From Bacilli bacterium (GTDB lineage Bacteria > Bacillota_I > Bacilli_A > RFN20 > CAG-826): a stretch of 64,000 nucleotides of DNA. The number at the start of each line of letters is the position of its first letter. The stretch's first letter is position 1. Made by a program: the position numbers and the translations under genes. The DNA is taken from NCBI GenBank assembly GCA_045114745.1, contig JBGULD010000060.1:676-64675 (forward strand), read 5' to 3'. A model generated the notes under the pieces. That model was not told the DNA's origin. It searched no databases and was given only the letters and a program-made list of their open reading frames with translations. This document shows, in pieces, positions 58,150 through 64,000 of this stretch.

Positions 58150-59772
58150 CTATTTCTCCATTTTTCTTTTTCTAATGAAGATAATTCCGACTAGTGATAA
58201 AGCACCCGCTAAAACAATAGCGACTGGAATAATAATTTCGATGTTGTTGTTATTGAATAAATTAGTAATACCTCTCGCGCCACTGTTGTGTGTTGATAAA
58301 TAATTTTTAATATATAAAGCGGAAGTATAGTAATCGTTTTGATAACTACTAGCACCATAGTGAATTGTTGAACTTAAAACTGTGATTTCATCAGCGGTTA
58401 AAGCATCAACGCCATCAGACATAATGGTTTCGGCTGATGCACTATAAGTACAATCAAATTCTCTAATTGCTCTCAACATAGCAATTGTTGTGCTAGAGAA
58501 TTCGACGCCTTTATAACCATCATTCTTTTCTAAAGTTGACTCTTCGTTCGTTCCAATTGTTGTGGCAGCAATACCGATACCATTTGAAACATTGCTAGTG
58601 GCAGAACAGGAAACTGATGCCATTGATTGACACTTAATTAAGTTAAATGTTATTTTGTCAGAATTTTGGCCTGCCATGAAACCACCAAGGTTTCCGGTAG
58701 AATTAGTACAAACTAATCTTGCTGCTGATAAGACATTATTGAATGTCACGGTGCCTAGTGATTCACTTCCAGCGTAACCGAATAAGCCGCCCGCCCATCC
58801 AGCAGAAGTAGTCACTGTTCCTGAAGAATAACAATTAGTGAAAGAGAAGGTCGCGGAATCAATGTGTGAATTAATAAAACCAGCAATACCACCAGCACCA
58901 CCGCTCGCACTGGTTGTGATGTTGCCGTAGTTTGAACAATTAGTGCATGTTAGTTGTGGATAAACACCACCAGCAATACCAGCGACTTGTCCAGCACCAG
59001 AAATATTACCCTCGTTAATACAATCAGTAATAACGGCATTGAATGTCTCTGCTTTTTTTCCTATAAGACCAGCAATACCGGCCACAGAACTGGAAGAAGC
59101 GGTAACATTTCCTTTATTGATTGTGTTGCTAATTGTGCCAACTCTTAAATTACCAACGATACCGCCAACATATTTTGATCCAGAAATGGTTGCGTTATTA
59201 ACGCAATTTGTAATAACTGCTGAAGCATTAATTTCTGAACCCGCAATACCACCAACATAACTGTTTGATGCAGCAGAAGAGATAGAGCAGTTGTTAATAA
59301 TGTTTTCTATTCTTCCATAGTTGAATGCACAAATAGTAGAGGAACTTTCACCGACTCCAGATAAACTTCCAGCAAAGGTAATATTGGAAACCGATCCTGC
59401 TCCACCAACACAGTTGAACATCGCTACATAAGTACCTGTTGCAGAGGTTGATAATGTAAGTGTATGATTGCCACCATCCAAATGACCTCTAAATGTCTTA
59501 CTTTGTGAAGTAGCACTTAATTCAATAGATAGGTCAGCAGTAATGGATAAATATTTGCCGCTATAGTCGTTTGCGGCTGTATTGACATTTGACATTACTT
59601 CTTCCATATCAGATGCTGAAGCAACAAGATAAGGATCATCACTGGTCCCTGAACCACCCAAAGCGTTAGTTCTAATCAAACTGGGCGCGGTTTTGAAAAC
59701 TACTAATCCGACTGCGGCCAGAAAGACCGATGAGATTAAAGCAACTCCAAGTACATGTTTTTTGTTTTTCAC
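58150..59772 (-). CDS. GLUG-repeat beta-helix surface protein with N-terminal signal anchor and C-terminal TM anchor
   Basis: GTG start 8 nt from AGGAGG; DDPYLVASASDMEEV..FRGHLDGGNHTLTL; repeats YVGGIAGSEINASAVITNCVNNATISG, YVGGIVGNL, VAGIAGLIG, VAGIAGGV, AGGIAGFIN; C-terminal IIIPVAIVLAGALSLVGIIFIRKRKMEK, no LPXTG. Confidence 0.75.
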   Translation of the reverse strand: MKNKKHVLGVALISSVFLAAVGLVVFKTAPSLIRTNALGGSGTSDDPYLVASASDMEEVMSNVNTAANDYSGKYLSITADLSIELSATSQSKTFRGHLDGGNHTLTLSTSATGTYVAMFNCVGGAGSVSNITFAGSLSGVGESSSTICAFNYGRIENIINNCSISSAASNSYVGGIAGSEINASAVITNCVNNATISGSKYVGGIVGNLRVGTISNTINKGNVTASSSSVAGIAGLIGKKAETFNAVITDCINEGNISGAGQVAGIAGGVYPQLTCTNCSNYGNITTSASGGAGGIAGFINSHIDSATFSFTNCYSSGTVTTSAGWAGGLFGYAGSESLGTVTFNNVLSAARLVCTNSTGNLGGFMAGQNSDKITFNLIKCQSMASVSCSATSNVSNGIGIAATTIGTNEESTLEKNDGYKGVEFSSTTIAMLRAIREFDCTYSASAETIMSDGVDALTADEITVLSSTIHYGASSYQNDYYTSALYIKNYLSTHNSGARGITNLFNNNNIEIIIPVAIVLAGALSLVGIIFIRKRKMEK

Positions 59773-59791
59773 GAATCATACCTCCTTTTAA

Positions 59792-61798
59792 TTAGTTAAG
59801 TTCGTAATTTTTCACATTCACAGCAACATTGAATGTGTTTATTCCAAAATAGGCATTTCTTAAACCTATATTTGTAACGTTATTAATGGTTTGAATAACC
59901 ACTCCATTGAATAGGAATGAATATTCATCTTCCTGTCTATCAATGCCAAGGGAAATATAATTTCCATTTGTATAAACAGAGGAATCGGATCCGACATTAT
60001 AGCCAAGCGATACATAATCAGAAAATACACCGCCGGACACTTTACAATAGCCTAATGTAGTTCCGCTTAATGTATATCCACTTCCGTTTGAATCAACGTA
60101 ATAGAACACACCGTTATTTTCTTCATCAACAAGAATGATTCCAAATTTAGGATATAAATCATAGTTAATTACATTAAGTGCGGTAATAGAGGCGGTAAAA
60201 CGTAATGTATTATCTGATTTTTGGTGGGCATAAACTGTATTAAGTGCTTTGCCATTAGAGACAACAATGTATTCATCATCAACAGATAAATCCCACCCTT
60301 TGGTGACTTTTAAGTTAGAAGCGGAACCAAAGAAACTGCCATTCAAGACATTTCTATTAGTCATTAAATTTCTACCACTGATATAAGGATATGTTTCTGG
60401 ATCGTTATCTACGATAAATCCATCGCGATAATAATTCGTAGAACCATTTTGAATTGTGCCAAATGAAATGAATAAACATTCATCATCGGGGTTTGGAATA
60501 TTAGCGACAATACGATATCCGATGAGATTATCGTCATCGCCTTTAATTCCACTACTAGATTCTAAATAAGGTGTATCGTCAAATATCTTTTCAAAATCTT
60601 TTTTCTCAATAGAATAATCAAAACGCTCTGTCTTGCCATCAAGATAGATATTGAACTTTTTAAGGTTACTAGGGTTGATGAATTCTTCGGATTCAGCAAG
60701 GCAATATTTAATGCTGATGCCGTCTTTAACTAGAATGTTTTCATCAATGACATCAGCAATGACTTGATCATTATTAAATGAATAGTATGCTTTGGTGAGT
60801 TTGCCATCTCTAATTGAATCAACAACATAGTTGCTATCTAATGATGGCTTATTGATTTGTTCATTAGGTGAATAGTTTTCACTAGTTATTTCTTTATCTT
60901 GTAACGCCAAAAATGCTTTAGCGAATAAATTACCTAATTTGATTTCCCCTTTTGCGTCGTAATGAATACGATCCATGTTGTCTTGGTTTCTAGTAATGTT
61001 GGCACCTATTGTGTCGATATAGAAATTACGACTATCACTACTCATAACTGCTTTCTTCGCGGAGTTGATGTCACGGTAATTAAGCATGTAATAAGAAGAA
61101 ATGCCAGCATCGATAAAAGACATTCCATTCTTCGGTGCATATGAATAGTATCTAAGTTTGATATCATTCACAAAGTCCTCAAAATAACGTTTGTATTCTG
61201 GGTTTGCATTTTTGGCGTCTGTTTCACCTTGCACAAACATAAATGATGAAACATCAAAATCTACGCCACTAGCTTTTAACTTGTTTAGTTGATTATCAAA
61301 GAATTCAGTCATCTTGGTGAAATAAGTACCATGACTATTGTTCCACTGATAGACAAATGAGGATTCTCCACCACCAGCAAATTTGATGATGTAATAAGTG
61401 TCATTAGGTTTGACGTTTGATAAGTATTCAGCGATACCAACTTCTGGTCCTAAACAACCATATAGAATGCCTTCCTCAGCGGCCTTACCTTGACCAATTC
61501 TAGTATTCACAAAAGAAGTCTGTTCTTTATGAATTAAGCCGGAATTTAGCATGTTTTTGAAAGAAATTTTGACATTTTCGTATCCTTTTTTGTACTCATT
61601 AAACTTCTCATCACTGACGCCATCTAACTCTTCAAGATGATAGGAATAAGAATAGCCCAAACAGTTCTCTCCGCCCGCAAGCAAAATGACATGGCTAATC
61701 TTATCTTCTTGTTTTTCATCAACAATACTATTAGCCGATGGATTTTTGCTGCAACCCACTAGTAGGAGTGGTATGAAAAGAAGGGCAAACTTTTTCAT
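59792..61798 (-). CDS. SASA-like (sialate-O-acetylesterase-type, DUF303) carbohydrate esterase lipoprotein + YPKxGI jelly-roll
   Basis: Lipobox LVGC; HVILLAGGENCLGYS, YIIKFAGGGESSF, FMFVQGETDA, RIHYDAKGEIKLG resemble SASA-family blocks; C-terminal LYPKFGIILVDEENNGVFYYVDS. Confidence 0.6.
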   Translation of the reverse strand: MKKFALLFIPLLLVGCSKNPSANSIVDEKQEDKISHVILLAGGENCLGYSYSYHLEELDGVSDEKFNEYKKGYENVKISFKNMLNSGLIHKEQTSFVNTRIGQGKAAEEGILYGCLGPEVGIAEYLSNVKPNDTYYIIKFAGGGESSFVYQWNNSHGTYFTKMTEFFDNQLNKLKASGVDFDVSSFMFVQGETDAKNANPEYKRYFEDFVNDIKLRYYSYAPKNGMSFIDAGISSYYMLNYRDINSAKKAVMSSDSRNFYIDTIGANITRNQDNMDRIHYDAKGEIKLGNLFAKAFLALQDKEITSENYSPNEQINKPSLDSNYVVDSIRDGKLTKAYYSFNNDQVIADVIDENILVKDGISIKYCLAESEEFINPSNLKKFNIYLDGKTERFDYSIEKKDFEKIFDDTPYLESSSGIKGDDDNLIGYRIVANIPNPDDECLFISFGTIQNGSTNYYRDGFIVDNDPETYPYISGRNLMTNRNVLNGSFFGSASNLKVTKGWDLSVDDEYIVVSNGKALNTVYAHQKSDNTLRFTASITALNVINYDLYPKFGIILVDEENNGVFYYVDSNGSGYTLSGTTLGYCKVSGGVFSDYVSLGYNVGSDSSVYTNGNYISLGIDRQEDEYSFLFNGVVIQTINNVTNIGLRNAYFGINTFNVAVNVKNYELN

Positions 61799-62964
61799 TA
61801 ATGATTACCTGATAACTCCGGTGATTCTAAAATCGCAATCATGGTTTGTAGATCGATTTGAATATTTGTTTCACTATTTGTGTATTCATCAACACAGAAA
61901 GCGATATAACTTCCAAACATTGGACACATCAATCTTGATAATGTGGATTGTCCATGTACGGAGAATTTAATGCCTAATTCATTTTCTAGAATCATACATG
62001 ATTTAAGATGTTCAATGACCGTTTCTTTAGAAGAACCAGACAAAACTAGTTTTGCCACATCAGCGCCTACGGATTCGATGAACTTACCAGCCGCTACTGT
62101 TTGTTCAGCAGTCATTTCAACACCCACGTGTGCGGAATATAAAACTTCAGCACCCATATCATGGATTTCGTCAATAAAGGCTTTTTGTTGTGCGATAACA
62201 GTTTTATCCAAAGATAATTCCTTCGCATTTGCGTCAACAAATGACACATCAACACCTTCACTCACATATGTTGGTTTGAGTGATTTGTTCTGTGTTGGGA
62301 TATTACCACCGTCTGGGTTGAATAAATATCCAGGCATATCAACAGCACATGCACCTGCTTGTACGGATAACTTCAACAAGCTAGCGAAGTTTTCCCAACT
62401 TTGGTTAACAGTATTACCTGCAAAGGTGCCATTATATGCAATAGCCATCACAGGAAGATTGGTACAATACATAATTCTTTCTAAATCAGCTAGGTTCCAG
62501 TATTCCTGATTCAAAGCGGTGATATATATCATGATGCCTTTTGCACCATGAGCTTCTGATTTTCTAATTTTAATAATCGCATCGTTCGGGTTATTTTCTA
62601 AAATCATGGAAACAGGCATGACTTTATGGTCGGTGAAAACAGGTTTTTCTCTATCTAAATCAATATCAACATTCGTATCAAATGTCTCTTCCACAATATC
62701 GTATCCAAGATGCCCACAGACATCGCAAATATGATAAACAATACCATCATCACCACCGATGGTAATATCTTTATAATGGTGATCAGATTTAGGAACTATA
62801 TTGTCCCTATACACATAGCCATCATTTCTCTTGTGCTCGGTATATCCTTCGCTGATGCATGTCGGTTCAACAACCTTGACCTCAATATCATAAGGAGCCT
62901 TTTTAGCGCACGAAAAAAGTGAAATGGAAGCTATGAGTGTTAAAAAAAGATGTTTCTTACTCAT
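61798..62964 (-). CDS. Lipoprotein with N-terminal Cys/His modules and a type I 3-dehydroquinase-like (AroD-fold) domain
   Basis: Lipobox LFSC; VVEPTCISEGYTEH and HHYKDITIGGDDGIVYHICDVCGH; C-terminal half AEVLYSAHVGVEMTAEQ..SVGADVAKLVLSGSSKETVIEHL..GIKFSVHGQSTLSRLMCPMFGSYIAFC parallels AroD ..SNHDF..GADIPKIAVM..ISRL..FGSAATF. Confidence 0.55.
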   Translation of the reverse strand: MSKKHLFLTLIASISLFSCAKKAPYDIEVKVVEPTCISEGYTEHKRNDGYVYRDNIVPKSDHHYKDITIGGDDGIVYHICDVCGHLGYDIVEETFDTNVDIDLDREKPVFTDHKVMPVSMILENNPNDAIIKIRKSEAHGAKGIMIYITALNQEYWNLADLERIMYCTNLPVMAIAYNGTFAGNTVNQSWENFASLLKLSVQAGACAVDMPGYLFNPDGGNIPTQNKSLKPTYVSEGVDVSFVDANAKELSLDKTVIAQQKAFIDEIHDMGAEVLYSAHVGVEMTAEQTVAAGKFIESVGADVAKLVLSGSSKETVIEHLKSCMILENELGIKFSVHGQSTLSRLMCPMFGSYIAFCVDEYTNSETNIQIDLQTMIAILESPELSGNH

Positions 62965-63054
62965 AACATAACCTCGTAACGTATGCTCTTATTATAGGAA
63001 ATATATAATAACTAAGAAATTGCGTTTCCTATATTAAAATTAACATTTTGTATA

Positions 63055-63819
63055 CTATATGACACTGTTACTTTTGCGATAAGAAAGCGGTGTTACGCCA
63101 TCATGTTTCTTCACGAAAGCGCGGAAAAAAGTGATTTGATTAGAGAAACCGCAGTCATTAGAAATTTCATATATAGGTTTAGCGCTAGATATGAGAAGTT
63201 GTTCTGCTTTACGGAATCTCAAATTCATAATGTATTCTTTTATACCAACATTTAGGTATTTGGCGAATAGTTTTTGAAGATAAATAATCGACGCTGAACA
63301 ATGCTTGGCTATCTCTTCATTACTAATGCCGACATCTGAATAATGATTATTTATATAATCAATAGCCTCAGAAAGGATGAGTGGAAAGTGTGTTTTTTCG
63401 CCATTTGTCATCTTCAGAATTAAATCGAGGATTAATCTAGAAAGAATGACTTTATAATTCGTATCCGCTTCATAATCGTGAGCACGGAAATTATTTATAT
63501 ATTCAACAATAGGCTTTACATCTACTTCAAACGACTCAAAAGTGGGGGAATAGGCTGTGCATTTAAAGTTAATAACATACGAGATATCTTCTTTTACACA
63601 ATCAAGACAATATGAAATATTCGCTGGAACAAATAATACATGATCCTTATCGCAGCGGAACACTTCCCCTTTGTGTTTATAATATATTTCTCCAGATGTG
63701 CAAACTAGTATTCCAGAATATTTTCGATCCACTATTTCGCGGTGAACACCAAGCGGAGAATAGACTTGAAATATGCCACCAATTTCAGTCAAATAGAAGT
63801 TTTTAAAAATTTCATTCAT
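63055..63819 (-). CDS. AraC family transcriptional regulator
   Basis: 254 aa; cupin-like N-terminus, C-terminal HTH ISNEEIAKHCSASIIYLQKLFAKYLNVGIKEYIMNLRFRKAEQLL..CGFSNQITFFRAFVKKHDGVTPLSYR. Confidence 0.9.
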   Translation of the reverse strand: MNEIFKNFYLTEIGGIFQVYSPLGVHREIVDRKYSGILVCTSGEIYYKHKGEVFRCDKDHVLFVPANISYCLDCVKEDISYVINFKCTAYSPTFESFEVDVKPIVEYINNFRAHDYEADTNYKVILSRLILDLILKMTNGEKTHFPLILSEAIDYINNHYSDVGISNEEIAKHCSASIIYLQKLFAKYLNVGIKEYIMNLRFRKAEQLLISSAKPIYEISNDCGFSNQITFFRAFVKKHDGVTPLSYRKSNSVI

Positions 63820-63827
63820 GTTAACAT

Positions 63828-63833
63828 TTTATA
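63828..63833 (-). promoter_or_regulatory. -10-like box TATAAA 8 nt upstream of the AraC start; no SD
   Basis: Minus strand AGTATTATATAAAATGTTAAC-ATG. Confidence 0.35.
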
Positions 63834-63875
63834 TAATACTTTTTGTCTATTCAACAAACCTCTTTAAAGAGCAAG

Positions 63876-63903
63876 AAAAAAACCCGCTTCAACAACGAGC
63901 GGG
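63876..63903 (-). terminator. Rho-independent terminator downstream of the partial right-edge gene
   Basis: CCCGCT (63883-63888) / AGCGGG (63898-63903) hairpin followed on the minus strand by TTTTTTT (63876-63882). Confidence 0.75.
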
Positions 63904-63921
63904 ATTTCTCTTAATCAAAGA

Positions 63922-64000
63922 TTATTCAGCTTCTTTTTGTTCTTTTTTGCCTTGAAGTAATTTCCAGACAAGAGCGGCTAAAGCAGAACCGATGAATGGT
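63922..64000 (-). CDS. C-terminal fragment of a membrane protein, possibly MIP/aquaglyceroporin family
   Basis: Own translation of the last 25 codons: PFIGSALAALVWKLLQGKKEQKEAE-stop. It resembles the last TM helix and tail of GlpF/aquaporins. Only a fragment is visible. Confidence 0.3.
   Translation of the reverse strand, partial: PFIGSALAALVWKLLQGKKEQKEAE

Noticed and set aside
61943-62509. 188-aa plus-strand ORF
   Set aside because: It is antisense to the AroD-like lipoprotein gene, has a Ser/Thr/Ala-rich low-complexity product and has no RBS. It is a shadow ORF in an AT-rich genome.

Overview
AT-rich (by eye about two-thirds A+T, not computed), densely coding segment that reads cleanly with the standard bacterial code. 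TGA acts as a stop (ORFs ending at 5027 and 31987) and the long ORFs contain no in-frame TGA. I found no rRNA, tRNA, CRISPR array, transposase or recognisable defence system. The left edge holds a partial ORF6N/KilA-N-like gene, followed by a housekeeping minus-strand operon: kinase-like ORF, prs, tgt, queA, queH. From about 5.0 kb to 63.8 kb the window is one very large glycan-utilisation island. It contains two complete sugar ABC importers, each with a binding lipoprotein, two permeases and an abnormally enlarged MalK/MsmK-type ATPase. It also contains five GH43 domains (two lipoproteins, one cytoplasmic, two fused to AraC regulators), one cytoplasmic GH2 and about eight esterase-type domains (SGNH/GDSL, DUF4886-like, SASA-like, LamG-metallophosphoesterase). 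Two GLUG-repeat beta-helix surface proteins are present. About 19 lipobox lipoproteins are assembled from shuffled CBM9-like, jelly-roll and Listeria-Bacteroides-repeat modules. There are six transcription factors: three AraC, two AraC-GH43 fusions and one LacI. The best candidates for undescribed biology are as follows. (1) A duplicated cassette in which a cupin-AraC-GH43 fusion regulator is transcribed, apparently leaderless, from a conserved back-to-back promoter carrying 21-bp-spaced TTGCTA repeats, divergently from esterase/surface-protein operons. (2) A lipoprotein with a type I dehydroquinase-like fold that retains the catalytic His and Lys. (3) MalK-like ATPases carrying large helical insertions. 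(4) Several recurring protein modules I cannot assign to named families. All domain calls rest on motif recognition by eye, with no HMM or BLAST run. Anchoring only through lipoboxes or TM segments (no LPXTG) suggests a wall-less or Mollicutes-related / Erysipelotrichia-like low-GC Bacillota host, but that is inference.
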